Source: an uncultured Desulfatiglans sp. (GTDB lineage: Bacteria > Desulfobacterota > DSM-4660 > Desulfatiglandales > HGW-15). From it: 64,000 nucleotides of DNA. A model generated the notes under the pieces. It made no database searches. It worked only from the letters and a program-made list of their open reading frames with translations, and had not been told where the DNA came from. Below are positions 1-9,308 of this stretch, piece after piece. The stretch is from positions 13,872-77,871 of the forward strand of contig CAZCMD010000001.1 in assembly GCA_964499695.1 (NCBI GenBank), read 5' to 3'. Position 1 is the stretch's first letter, and every line of letters begins with the position of its first letter. The translations under genes and the position numbers were made by a program.

Positions 1-298
1 ACTCCCATTTCCCGAAAAAGGGTGATCCCTTTCTTATATCCACTGCCACATCATATATCTCGCCCCTTACAACATAAATGAGCTTACCCTGCGGGTGTTT
101 AAGCTGGTAGTGGAGCCCGCGCAGGGTGCCTTTAACTGAGTGTGAATGGTTATCCTGTACAAACGGTGTACTTATGCCATTTTCAGCAAACCTGGCAAAA
201 TGGTATGTCTCTAAAAAAAAGCCCCTTGCGTCATTGAATACAGAAGGTTCTATAATAACTGCACCGGGCAGGTCTGTATTAATAAATGATACTGGCAT
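1..298 (-). CDS. rfbC: dTDP-4-dehydrorhamnose 3,5-epimerase (RmlC), N-terminal part; 3' end lies outside the window
   Basis: Not in the ORF track because the window edge truncates it. My reverse-strand translation from the ATG at 298-296 gives [34 protein letters not shown]...[41 protein letters not shown], which is typical of the RmlC cupin. Its start overlaps the rmlA stop (TAATG). Confidence 0.85.
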   Translation of the reverse strand, partial: MPVSFINTDLPGAVIIEPSVFNDARGFFLETYHFARFAENGISTPFVQDNHSHSVKGTLRGLHYQLKHPQGKLIYVVRGEIYDVAVDIRKGSPFFGKWE

Positions 299-1173
299 TA
301 AGGCTGCTCCCCCTCTGCAATGGTCATAAGGTAACTGCCATATTCATTATTCCTGTATTCATTTGCCAGCTCTTTAAGCTGTTCATCGTTTATATAACCA
401 AGCTGATAGGCTATCTCCTCAATACAGGATATCTTGATCCCCTGCCGCTCCTGTATGGTCTCAACATAATTTGATGCCTGCTGAAGAGCCTCATGGGTGC
501 CTGTATCGAGCCAGGCAAATCCCCTTCCTAAAAGCTCCACCCTGAGCTGCCCGCGCCTCAAGTATTCAAGGTTAACATCGGTTATCTCATACTCGCCGCG
601 TGGAGAGGGCTTAAGGTTTTCTGCTATCTCTATCACACTGTTATCGTACATGTATAAGCCCGGTACAGCATACCTGGACTTGGGCTTTGCAGGTTTCTCC
701 TCAATGCCTATTACATTTTTATCTTTGTCAAACTCCACAACGCCATACCGTTCAGGGTCTTTAACCAGATAACCAAATATAAGGCCGCCCTTGTCCAATT
801 TTACTGCGTTCTTGAGTATGGTATCTAGATTATTGCCATAAAAGATATTATCTCCAAGTATAAGGCACACATTATCTTTTCCTATAAAATCTTTACCAAT
901 AGTAAATGCCTGTGCCAGGCCGTCCGGGCTGGGCTGCTCCTCATAGGTAAACCTGATGCCAAGTTTTGATCCGTCACCAAGCAGCCTTTTAAAACCTGGG
1001 AGATCAACCGGTGTGCTTATGATCAATATATCCCTTATCCCGGCTGTCATAAGGATGCTCAGCGGATAATATATCATTGGTTTGTCATAAAGGGGTAAAA
1101 GCTGCTTGCTCACAACCCTTGTTAACGGGTATAACCGTGTCCCTGATCCGCCAGCAAGTATAATTCCTTTCAA
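298..1173 (-). CDS. rfbA: glucose-1-phosphate thymidylyltransferase (RmlA)
   Basis: N-terminus is [18 protein letters not shown]. Full-length similarity to RmlA, including YGVVEFD and [12 protein letters not shown]. Confidence 0.95.
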   Translation of the reverse strand: MKGIILAGGSGTRLYPLTRVVSKQLLPLYDKPMIYYPLSILMTAGIRDILIISTPVDLPGFKRLLGDGSKLGIRFTYEEQPSPDGLAQAFTIGKDFIGKDNVCLILGDNIFYGNNLDTILKNAVKLDKGGLIFGYLVKDPERYGVVEFDKDKNVIGIEEKPAKPKSRYAVPGLYMYDNSVIEIAENLKPSPRGEYEITDVNLEYLRRGQLRVELLGRGFAWLDTGTHEALQQASNYVETIQERQGIKISCIEEIAYQLGYINDEQLKELANEYRNNEYGSYLMTIAEGEQP

Positions 1174-1185
1174 AGTGATACTCCT

Positions 1186-2244
1186 TTATATTGGTTTCCC
1201 ATATTGTTTATCTATCCATGACTGGTATTCACCGCTTTTTACACGATCTATCCAGCCCCTGTTATCAAGGTACCATCTTATTGTCTTTTCAAGACCGGTC
1301 TCAAATGACTCTGAAGGATGCCAGCCCAGCTCCCTCTGTATTTTTGAGGAGTCTATGGCATAGCGCCTGTCATGACCGGGCCTGTCCTTTACAAATGTGA
1401 TCAATTTCCTTCTTGATTTATGATTTTTCGGTCTCTCATTTTTATCCAGGTAATCACATATCAGTTCAACAATGCGGATGTTCTCCATCTCATTATTGCC
1501 GCCGATATTGTATGTCTCACCCCTTTTACCTTTATCCATTACCATTTTAATGGCGCTGCAATGGTCCTTAACATAGAGCCAGTCACGCACGTTTTTACCA
1601 TCACCATATACCGGAAGCTGTATCTCGGAAAGGGCATTAAGGATAATCAGTGGTATCAGTTTTTCAGGAAACTGGTATGGACCATAATTATTGCTGCAAT
1701 TTGAGATAGTGACAGGAAGATTATAGGTCTTGAAATATGCCCGCACCAGGTGATCCGATGATGCCTTGGATGCAGAATAGGGGCTGTTTGGTTTATATGG
1801 TGTAGTTTCTGTAAAAAGCCCCTCCTGACCCAGGCTCCCAAAGACCTCGTCTGTGCTCACATGATGAAAGAGTTTAAGGTTATCCCGGTATTTTCTTGCA
1901 CACTCAAGCAGGTTGAATGTGCCTATGATATTTGTCTGTATAAAATCTGATGGGCCGACAATTGATCTGTCAACATGGGATTCTGCTGCAAAGTGGCAGA
2001 CCGTATCTATCTTATAGTCCCTGAACACAGGTTCTATTGCATCCATGCTGCATATGTCTGCCTTGATAAAGATGTAGCGGCCAGGGTATTTATCGTTAAG
2101 CCCCTCCAGGTTTTCCGGGTTACCCGCATAGGTGAGTTTATCAAGATTGATAATACGACCCTTGAAATCCGTATCCTCAAGCAGGTACCTGATAAAGTTA
2201 CTCCCTATAAAACCGCTCCCGCCAGTTACCAGTAGATTTTCCAT
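1186..2244 (-). CDS. rfbB: dTDP-glucose 4,6-dehydratase (RmlB)
   Basis: VTGGSGFIGSNF Rossmann motif, the HFAAESHVDRS and YSASKASSDH (YxxxK) motifs, and RmlB-like length. Confidence 0.95.
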   Translation of the reverse strand: MENLLVTGGSGFIGSNFIRYLLEDTDFKGRIINLDKLTYAGNPENLEGLNDKYPGRYIFIKADICSMDAIEPVFRDYKIDTVCHFAAESHVDRSIVGPSDFIQTNIIGTFNLLECARKYRDNLKLFHHVSTDEVFGSLGQEGLFTETTPYKPNSPYSASKASSDHLVRAYFKTYNLPVTISNCSNNYGPYQFPEKLIPLIILNALSEIQLPVYGDGKNVRDWLYVKDHCSAIKMVMDKGKRGETYNIGGNNEMENIRIVELICDYLDKNERPKNHKSRRKLITFVKDRPGHDRRYAIDSSKIQRELGWHPSESFETGLEKTIRWYLDNRGWIDRVKSGEYQSWIDKQYGKPI

Positions 2245-2249
2245 TTATC

Positions 2250-3911
2250 TCATTCCTTGAATATAGCGCCTGTATTGGCTGAGGTTACCTGTTTTGCATA
2301 CCTGTAAAGATAGCCTGTTTTTACCTTGTAGTCAGGCCTCTTCCATTCTGCGCTGCGTTTTTTGATCTCATCATCTGTCAGTTTTACATTAAGTGTTCGT
2401 TTGGGGATATTTATCTCAATTATATCCCCCTCCTTGAGTATTCCTATGGGCCCGCCCTCCTGTGCCTCAGGTGATACATGGCCGATGGCTGCGCCGCGTG
2501 TACCGCCTGAGAACCTGCCGTCTGTTATAAGTGCAACCTCTTTATCCATGCCTACACCTGCCAGCGCTGATGTTGGGGATAACATCTCCCTCATGCCAGG
2601 GCCCCCCTTAGGCCCTTCATAACGGATCACTATTACATCACCCTTTTTGATCTTTCCATCCATAATGGCCTTCATGGCATCCTCTTCGCTGTTATAGATG
2701 CGTGCAGGGCCTGAGTGGGTGAGCATTGAGGGATCAACAGCAGATTTTTTGACCACAGCGCCAAGAGGTGCAAGATTTCCAAAAAGTATTGCAAGGCCGC
2801 CGTCAGCAGAATAGGGGGCATCGATCTTTTTAATAATATCTGTGTCAAGTGACTCTGCCTTACCTACAATCTCTTTTACCTTTTTGCCGGTTACTGTGAT
2901 TACATCGGTATGAAGCAGATTTTTTTTCATGAGTTCTCCCATAACTGCCTTTACACCTCCGGCTGCATGAAGGTCTTCCATGTGTGCAGAGCCTGCCGGT
3001 GATATCTTGCAGAGGTTGGGTGTCTCTGCGCTTATCTTATTGAAGAGATCAAGGTCAAGCTTAAAGCCTGCTTCATGGGCAATGGCAGGGAGGTGCAATA
3101 CCGTATTTGTGGAGCTTCCTATGGCCATTTCAACATGCATGGCGTTTTCAAATGCCTTCATGGTGGCAATATCCCTTGGTTTTATGTCATCTGCTACAAG
3201 CTTCATTATTCGTTTACCTGCCTCCTTGGCGAGCCTCTGTCTTTCTGCCATTACCGCAGGTATTGTGCCGTTTCCAGGCAGGGCAAGGCCAAGGGCCTCG
3301 CTCAGGCAGTTCATGGAGTTTGCCGTAAACATACCTGCGCATGATCCTGCGCCGGGGCATGCGTTTTCTTCCATATCATGAAGGTCATCCTCTGTGATCT
3401 TCCCTGCCTTTCTTGCCCCGACCGCCTCAAAAACAGTTATAAGATCGATATCTCTGTCTTTGACCTTTCCTTTCAGCATGGGGCCGCCGCTTATTATCAA
3501 TGATGGGATATTAAGCCTGAGCATGGCCATGAGCATGCCCGGTACGATCTTGTCACAGTTGCACACAAGCACAAGGCCGTCAAACGGGAAGGCCGTGGCC
3601 ATTATCTCTATGGAGTCTGCAATCAGTTCCCTTGAGATCAGTGAATATTTCATGCCTTCATGGTTCATGGCAATGCCATCACATACGCCTATGGTTGGGA
3701 ACTCCAGTGGTGTGCCGCCATTCATGGCTACACCCATCTTGATTGATGTTACAAGGCTGTCTAAGTGGATATGACCCGGTATCACCTCATTGGCGGAGTT
3801 TACTATACCTATTATCGGTCTATTAAGTTCATCATCGGTAAGCCCCATTGCCTTGCATAAAGATCTGTGAGGTGCCCTTTCAAGTCCTTTTTTCATCTTG
3901 TCTGATCGCAT
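2250..3911 (-). CDS. ilvD: dihydroxy-acid dehydratase (IlvD)
   Basis: [35 protein letters not shown] and TDGRFSGGT motifs. I placed the start at the ATG at 3911 (GGAG 7 nt upstream). The longer track ORF, which runs to 3986, reads through a heptamer-repeat hairpin. Confidence 0.93.
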   Translation of the reverse strand: MRSDKMKKGLERAPHRSLCKAMGLTDDELNRPIIGIVNSANEVIPGHIHLDSLVTSIKMGVAMNGGTPLEFPTIGVCDGIAMNHEGMKYSLISRELIADSIEIMATAFPFDGLVLVCNCDKIVPGMLMAMLRLNIPSLIISGGPMLKGKVKDRDIDLITVFEAVGARKAGKITEDDLHDMEENACPGAGSCAGMFTANSMNCLSEALGLALPGNGTIPAVMAERQRLAKEAGKRIMKLVADDIKPRDIATMKAFENAMHVEMAIGSSTNTVLHLPAIAHEAGFKLDLDLFNKISAETPNLCKISPAGSAHMEDLHAAGGVKAVMGELMKKNLLHTDVITVTGKKVKEIVGKAESLDTDIIKKIDAPYSADGGLAILFGNLAPLGAVVKKSAVDPSMLTHSGPARIYNSEEDAMKAIMDGKIKKGDVIVIRYEGPKGGPGMREMLSPTSALAGVGMDKEVALITDGRFSGGTRGAAIGHVSPEAQEGGPIGILKEGDIIEINIPKRTLNVKLTDDEIKKRSAEWKRPDYKVKTGYLYRYAKQVTSANTGAIFKE

Positions 3912-3930
3912 TTGTTTCTCCTTAAAATTA

Positions 3931-3994
3931 GTTCGAAGTGCGAAGTGACTAAAGTTTGAAATTAACTTCAAACTTCGAACTTCCAACTTCGCAC
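3931..3994. repeat. heptamer-array hairpin between nadE and ilvD
   Basis: Right arm AACTTCA AACTTCG AACTTCC AACTTCG (3964-3991). Left arm CGAAGTG CGAAGTG (3934-3947). Central AAGTTTGAA-attaac-TTCAAACTT is a perfect 9-bp inverted repeat. Confidence 0.8.
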
Positions 3995-3995
3995 A

Positions 3996-5636
3996 TTAAA
4001 AAAATTCACCCCCTCGAGCAATGGGATATCTTCTCCCGTATCCGAATGCCTTTGAGGTTACCTTTAGGCCGGGCGATGCCTGCCTGCGTTTGTATTCGTT
4101 AATGACTATACGTCTGAATGTATCCTTTACGATATGAGGATCATATCCCTGTTCTATTATCTCTTCAAAGGAAAGATTTCTCTCCACGATTGCCTCTATT
4201 AATTTATCAAGCATATCATAAGGAGGTAAAGAGTCCTGATCTGTCTGGTTGGGCCGCAACTCAGCAGATGGTGGACGCTCTATGATTTCCTGAGGGATTA
4301 TCTCTTTTTCCCTGTTTATATATGCTGCCACCCTGTAACAGAGGGTCTTTGGTACATCTGAAATAACCGCGAGCGCACCGCACATATCGCCATATAGAGT
4401 GCAATAACCTGTGGCTGTCTCGGATTTGTTACCGGTAGTTAAGAGCAGCGCATTAAATTTGTTTGACGTTGCCATGAGGAGGGTGCCCCTGATCCTGGCC
4501 TGCAGGTTCTCCTCTGTCTCATTCTCCTTGAGCCCCTTAAAGGAAGGTGAAAGGGAGGTCTTATAGCTGCCAAAGATATTCACAATGGGGATTTCATCAA
4601 AATGGATGCTTAAGTTTTCTGCCAGTGTTCGTGCACATCTTTTACTTAAATCAGAGGTGTACTCTGAGGGCATGCTGACCCCTGTTACATTTTCAGGGCC
4701 AAGGGCCTTTGCGGCTATATATGCCACAAGGGATGAATCCAGGCCGCCGGATAAGCCGACCAGGACCTTTTTAAAACCGCACTTTGTAACATAGTCCCTG
4801 GTACCCAGTGTAAGACAGTTGATTATAGATTCCTCTTCTCCCGGCCACGGATCAGTTACTGGCGAATAATCCTCATCACTGTCCCATATAATTGTATCAG
4901 ACTGGAATTCTTTACCACGAAGAATAAGCCTGCCTTTTTTATCAACCACCATGCTTGACCCGTCAAAGACAAGGTCATCATTTCCGCCGACCTGGTTGCA
5001 ATATATTATCGGGAGATCATATTTACTGGCAATTTTTTCAAGCACCTTCATCCTTAAGGAGGGCTTTTTTATTGTGTATGGTGAGGCAGAAATATTAACC
5101 AGAATATCAATCCCTTTTTCTGTGAGTTCAGCAACAGGGTCTATGCTGTATCTGGGGATGTTCTCTATATCACCGACATTCCATATGTCTTCACAGATAC
5201 TTACGCCAATTATTTTACCATTCAGTTCAAAAAAAAGGCCCTTTTCTGCCGGTTCAAAATACCTGGTTTCATCAAACACATCATAGCTGGGTAACAGTTT
5301 TTTTCCACCGGTGCAGATGATCTTTCCATTATGTAAGAATGCTGCCCCGTTAATAAGAGGTTTACCTTTTCCTGAATGATTTATATCAATAAAACCGCAA
5401 ATAATTCCAATAGATAACGAATTTTTTGAAAGTTTTTCAAGATATTCTGAATTTCTTTTTATGAATGCCGGTTTTTCAAGCAGGTCTTTTGGCGGATAAC
5501 CCATTAATGTGAGTTCAGGAAAAACCGCAAGATCACATCCTGATAAGGATGCTTTCCTTACCGCTTCAGCGACAATTGAAAGGTTATGCTCAAAATCACC
5601 GATAACCGGGTTTATCTGATTGATGGATATTTTCAT
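3996..5636 (-). CDS. nadE: glutamine-dependent NAD+ synthetase (CN-hydrolase domain plus NAD synthetase domain)
   Basis: N-terminal nitrilase-like domain (FPEL, ICEDIW) and C-terminal LSGGLDSS PP-loop. The ATG at 5636 is preferred over the TTG at 5651. Confidence 0.9.
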   Translation of the reverse strand: MKISINQINPVIGDFEHNLSIVAEAVRKASLSGCDLAVFPELTLMGYPPKDLLEKPAFIKRNSEYLEKLSKNSLSIGIICGFIDINHSGKGKPLINGAAFLHNGKIICTGGKKLLPSYDVFDETRYFEPAEKGLFFELNGKIIGVSICEDIWNVGDIENIPRYSIDPVAELTEKGIDILVNISASPYTIKKPSLRMKVLEKIASKYDLPIIYCNQVGGNDDLVFDGSSMVVDKKGRLILRGKEFQSDTIIWDSDEDYSPVTDPWPGEEESIINCLTLGTRDYVTKCGFKKVLVGLSGGLDSSLVAYIAAKALGPENVTGVSMPSEYTSDLSKRCARTLAENLSIHFDEIPIVNIFGSYKTSLSPSFKGLKENETEENLQARIRGTLLMATSNKFNALLLTTGNKSETATGYCTLYGDMCGALAVISDVPKTLCYRVAAYINREKEIIPQEIIERPPSAELRPNQTDQDSLPPYDMLDKLIEAIVERNLSFEEIIEQGYDPHIVKDTFRRIVINEYKRRQASPGLKVTSKAFGYGRRYPIARGGEFF

Positions 5637-5654
5637 AATAAATAAGCTCAAGGT

Positions 5655-5712
5655 TCAATGCTCAAAGCTAAAAGTTCGTGAAAACTTCGAGCTTCGAGCT
5701 TTGAGCTTCTCT
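5655..5712. repeat. heptamer-array hairpin between the KdnA-like gene and nadE
   Basis: GCTCAAA GCTAAAA ... CTTCGAG CTTCGAG CTTTGAG CTTCTCT. GCTCAAAGCT and AGCTTTGAGC form a 10-bp inverted repeat. Confidence 0.8.
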
Positions 5713-5713
5713 C

Positions 5714-6901
5714 TTATATCCCTTTCGCAGCCTTTTCGATCGCCTTTAAAAGCCCGGGCATCTTTTCTTCCATATTGAGTGTTATCTGAAAGGTAAGCGC
5801 CCTTGACATTATGGCTGCTGTTTTTGGAAGGGCTGTCTTGCTGTAGCTGCAACGGGTAGTGCCATCAGGGTTCTTAAATGGATACCCTGTTCTTGTAAGG
5901 CTTTTTCCCTCAAGCAGGTGTTCCCATCTCTCATAATAATGCCAGTCATTATCATACCAGTAAACAGCGCCATAACCCTCAGATGCCATGACCCTGTTGA
6001 ATTCCCTTGCCCTCTTTTCATCAGGCAAAAGGAATATCATGAATGTTGCCGTGTCACCGGATGGATCAGGTATATGGCGGAAGGTAATATCCTTGAACTT
6101 TGAAAGAGTCTCCTTTATACGTGCCTTGTATCCTCTATGTATTTTAAGGATGTTATCAAGTTTATTAAGCTGTGCAACGCCCAGTGCCCCCTGAAGCTCC
6201 ATCATCCTGTAATTAAAACCTGTAAAGCTGCGTTTCTCAAGCCCCCTTGAGACATTGGGGTTATGGTCGTGCCCGTGATCAGAATACTCTGATGCCTTTG
6301 TGTACAGGGTCTTGTCATTTGTAAGTATCATACCGCCTTCACCGGTAGTTATGGTTTTGACCGCATCAAATGAAAATGTTCCAAAGCTGCCAAATGTTCC
6401 AAGCGCCCTTCCGTTGCACCTGCCTCCTGTAGACTGGGCAGTATCCTCAAGCACAGGTATCCCGTGCCTGTCAGCCACCTTGATTATTTCCTCTATATTG
6501 GCGTGAGAGCCGCACATATGGACTGGTATAATGGCCTTAGTCCTGGGGGTAATCTTTTTTTCAAGATCCTTCGGGTCAAGGCAGAGGGTATCATCTATTT
6601 CTGCAAATACAGGTACTGCACCCGCATCGAAAATGGATTCCCATGTGGCTATAAAGGTGAATCCCTGTGTAATAACCTCATCACCCGGCCCTACACCAAG
6701 AGCTGCAAGGGCTACCCTTAATGCCGCAGTACCTGATGAGACAGCAAGGGCATAACCTGCACCACAGTACTTTGCAAAATTTCGCTCAAATTCCAGCACC
6801 TTGCTGTTTTCTTTATGCTCATACCTGAGCAGAATCTTTTTTGATAATGCCTTCTGTACGGCTTCAAGCTCTTCCTGGCCTATAATTTCATATCCTGGCA
6901 T
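5714..6901 (-). CDS. DegT/DnrJ/EryC1-family PLP aminotransferase, KdnA-like (candidate 8-amino-3,8-dideoxy-octulosonate transaminase)
   Basis: SSGTAAL, FSFDAVKTITTGEGG (PLP-lysine region), SDHGHDH and WHYYERWEHL. It sits immediately downstream of an Fe-ADH gene, as in the Shewanella kdnB-kdnA pair (recalled from memory, not searched). Confidence 0.8.
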   Translation of the reverse strand: MPGYEIIGQEELEAVQKALSKKILLRYEHKENSKVLEFERNFAKYCGAGYALAVSSGTAALRVALAALGVGPGDEVITQGFTFIATWESIFDAGAVPVFAEIDDTLCLDPKDLEKKITPRTKAIIPVHMCGSHANIEEIIKVADRHGIPVLEDTAQSTGGRCNGRALGTFGSFGTFSFDAVKTITTGEGGMILTNDKTLYTKASEYSDHGHDHNPNVSRGLEKRSFTGFNYRMMELQGALGVAQLNKLDNILKIHRGYKARIKETLSKFKDITFRHIPDPSGDTATFMIFLLPDEKRAREFNRVMASEGYGAVYWYDNDWHYYERWEHLLEGKSLTRTGYPFKNPDGTTRCSYSKTALPKTAAIMSRALTFQITLNMEEKMPGLLKAIEKAAKGI

Positions 6902-6916
6902 GTGTTATTCCTTTCA

Positions 6917-6983
6917 GTTATCAATGATCAATTATCAAATTTATTTTAACAATATTGTTAACTGTTCATTGATCATTGTTCAT
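6917..6983. repeat. heptamer-array hairpin at the 3' end of the Fe-ADH gene
   Basis: GTTATCA ATGATCA ATTATCA, then the perfect 16-bp palindrome TTAACAATATTGTTAA (6946-6961), then TGTTCAT TGATCAT TGTTCAT. Confidence 0.8.
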
Positions 6984-8136
6984 AGGCGTTACGATATATC
7001 TCTGCCGCAGCCTCTTCTGTCATTGGCCTGGGGTTATTTGCTATAGGTACAGCAACCTGCATGGCTGCCTTTGCCATCTCAGGTATAGAGTCCTCAGGTA
7101 TATTCAGTTCCTTCAGTGTCATGGGTACGCCTATGTCCTCTGCCAGTTCAAACACTGCATCTGCTACAAGCGACGCATATTCCCTGCCTGAAAGTTCTCC
7201 CATCTCCTGATCCATACACAGGGCCATATTGCAGAATTTGTCGATATTGCCCGGGTAATTGTATTCAAGCACATAAGGGAGGAGGAGGCCATTACCAATA
7301 CCATGGGGTACATCAAATATTGCCCCCATCGGATAGGCCATGGCATGTACAGCGCCGACACCGGCCATGGCAAGACCCATTCCGGCAAGGTAACTCCCCA
7401 TCATCATGTTCTCGCGATATTTCAGGTTTTTACCATCAAATACTGCGCCCCTGAGGTTATCCATAATTATTTCAATGGCTTTTAGGGACACAATCTCACT
7501 CATGAAATGTGCCTTAAGTGATGTATATGACTCGATCGCATGGGTGAGTGCATCCATCCCTGTATAGGCAGTTATCATAGGAGGCAGATCAATAGTCAGC
7601 TCAGGGTCAAGTATGGCAGTGTGGGGGTAAAGATAGGGGCTGTTAATACCGCCTTTTTTCTTTGTATCCCTCTGGGTAAAAACCGCGGTAAGGGTGGTTT
7701 CGCTGCCAGTTCCGGCTGTGGTTGGTATCATAATTGTGGGAATACCCGGTTTGTTTACCTTATTTTGCCCAATGTATTCAATTGCCTTTCCTTCATTTCT
7801 AACCAGCACGGAGATTGCCTTTGCAATGTCCATTGTACTGCCGCCGCCAACACCTATAACGCACTGCACCTTTTCCTTAATGGCCAGTTCTGTAGCAAGG
7901 TCTGCGATCCGCGGGTCAGGTTCAGGTGTAATATCCGAGAATATAAAAAACCTTATCCTGGAAGATTTAAGGGCTTCTTTAACATGCTCTGCTATTACAG
8001 ATTTTGCCAGACCCTGATCTATTACAAGAAGTGCCCTTGATGCGCCCAGTTTTTTACATTCGGCACCAAGTTCCATGACAGAACCTGAACCAAAAATAGT
8101 CTTTTTAACGCCTTCTATTGTCTTGATATTATTCAT
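6973..8136 (-). CDS. iron-containing alcohol dehydrogenase family protein (KdnB-like oxidoreductase candidate)
   Basis: GVGGGSTMDIAKA, PTTAGTGSE, and His-rich metal-site motifs (DALTHAIE, GVGAVHAMAYP). Confidence 0.85.
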   Translation of the reverse strand: MNNIKTIEGVKKTIFGSGSVMELGAECKKLGASRALLVIDQGLAKSVIAEHVKEALKSSRIRFFIFSDITPEPDPRIADLATELAIKEKVQCVIGVGGGSTMDIAKAISVLVRNEGKAIEYIGQNKVNKPGIPTIMIPTTAGTGSETTLTAVFTQRDTKKKGGINSPYLYPHTAILDPELTIDLPPMITAYTGMDALTHAIESYTSLKAHFMSEIVSLKAIEIIMDNLRGAVFDGKNLKYRENMMMGSYLAGMGLAMAGVGAVHAMAYPMGAIFDVPHGIGNGLLLPYVLEYNYPGNIDKFCNMALCMDQEMGELSGREYASLVADAVFELAEDIGVPMTLKELNIPEDSIPEMAKAAMQVAVPIANNPRPMTEEAAAEIYRNAYEQ

Positions 8137-8396
8137 ATATTACCCCTTTTGGTTGTTTCCCCAATGGTTGTTTAAGGCAAACATCCAACTCTTGGTTTTA
8201 AGTGCCTTTTGTCTATCATTCCAGTGAAACCGGTATCTTTTGGAAATACCATGATAAAGATAAAATGAATTACATCAATATCAATAATTTTTCAAGTCAT
8301 TAAATAGGGCTATTATGCATGTAATCCAACATATTTTTCTTAAATTATGGCCAGTATAAGAGGGGTTTTTCTTAAAAATTTTGAATAATCACAGTC

Positions 8397-8412
8397 TGGC
8401 ATAATTATCGCA
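8397..8412 (+). promoter_or_regulatory. sigma54-type promoter candidate (TGGCAT-N5-TCGCA) upstream of the Hpt/che operon
   Basis: TGGCATAATTATCGCA. GG and GC have the canonical 12-nt offset. Located 74 nt upstream of the ATG at 8486. Confidence 0.45.
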
Positions 8413-8485
8413 TAATAATTCAAAAGTAAAATATATGCATCGTTATAACATTAAAATCTGAAAAGATTTTAGATAGGAGGAATAC

Positions 8486-8812
8486 ATGGATTTTTTAACA
8501 CCCGCTCAAAGGCTTGGGCTTGAACTTGAAGAATATATTGAGCTTATAGGGTTGTTTCTGGAAACAAGCGATACTGATATAACCGGAATGGAGAAGGCCG
8601 CTATAGCTCATGATTATGGGACTCTGATAGAACGTTCCCATTCCTTAAAGGGTTCATCAGGTAATCTTGGTCTTACAGAAATATATGAAAAGGCTAAGCA
8701 GATTGAGATGAATGCCAGAGCCAATAGTCTTGAAGGCTTTGATAATCTGTTATTACTGATAAAACAACATGTTATCAAAATCAAAGAAGCTTTTAACAAG
8801 CAGGGTTCTTGA
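8486..8812 (+). CDS. single-domain Hpt histidine phosphotransfer protein
   Basis: HSLKGSSGNLG phosphotransfer motif, 108 aa, AGGAGG RBS. Confidence 0.8.
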   Translation: MDFLTPAQRLGLELEEYIELIGLFLETSDTDITGMEKAAIAHDYGTLIERSHSLKGSSGNLGLTEIYEKAKQIEMNARANSLEGFDNLLLLIKQHVIKIKEAFNKQGS

Positions 8813-8922
8813 GAAAGGTTGCAGTGTATTTAAATGTCAAAAAAGCGTCGCATTCAGTCAATCGAATGACTGGTAATCTCTGAATTTCTTATTCTGAAAG
8901 CTGTGTAAAACTGGAGGTTTAA

Positions 8923-9225
8923 ATGGTTGAAGGCAGGAAAACAAATAAAAAGACTATCAAGCCGGGTAAGGATATAGCAGGGTCAATTGTTGAGGATCTT
9001 AGAGTGAAACTTTTAAAACTGATCAATCAGGATGTTAGTGAACTGGCAATAGACATGAAGGGCATTAACATGATTGATTCAACAGGTCTGGGGGTATTGA
9101 TAGCCACCAGAAACTCCCTGGACCAGGCTGGCAGATTATTGAGACTTACGAATGTGTCTGAAAATATAATGAGTCTTTTTAAAATGATAGGGATTGACAG
9201 ATATTTAAATACTAACGCTGCATGA
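8923..9225 (+). CDS. STAS-domain protein (anti-sigma-factor antagonist, SpoIIAA/HsbA-like)
   Basis: DMKGINMIDSTGLGVLIAT, the conserved Ser/Thr-Gly region of STAS. 100 aa, GGAGG RBS. Confidence 0.75.
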   Translation: MVEGRKTNKKTIKPGKDIAGSIVEDLRVKLLKLINQDVSELAIDMKGINMIDSTGLGVLIATRNSLDQAGRLLRLTNVSENIMSLFKMIGIDRYLNTNAA

Positions 9226-9308
9226 GCCGGTAATTGCACGCAGTGATTTTAAACATATAGAAATGACAAATGATAGAACCTGTCAGATGTAAAATGGACA
9301 GGGTATAA

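Noticed and set aside
2245-2249. The tight 5-nt junction between ilvD and rmlB as evidence for a functional link between branched-chain amino acid and rhamnose genes
   Set aside because: Close packing of unrelated housekeeping genes is common, and nothing else in the sequence supports a functional connection.
3912-3986. N-terminal 25-aa extension of the ilvD ORF in the track ([25 protein letters not shown]...)
   Set aside because: The extension is a translation of the heptamer-repeat hairpin. A GGAG RBS precedes the internal ATG at 3911, and IlvD homologs begin near MRSD..K.
5655-5852. 65-aa minus-strand ORF overlapping the 3' end of the KdnA-like gene
   Set aside because: It is in an alternative frame of a well-supported gene and runs through the heptamer hairpin. 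Judged spurious.
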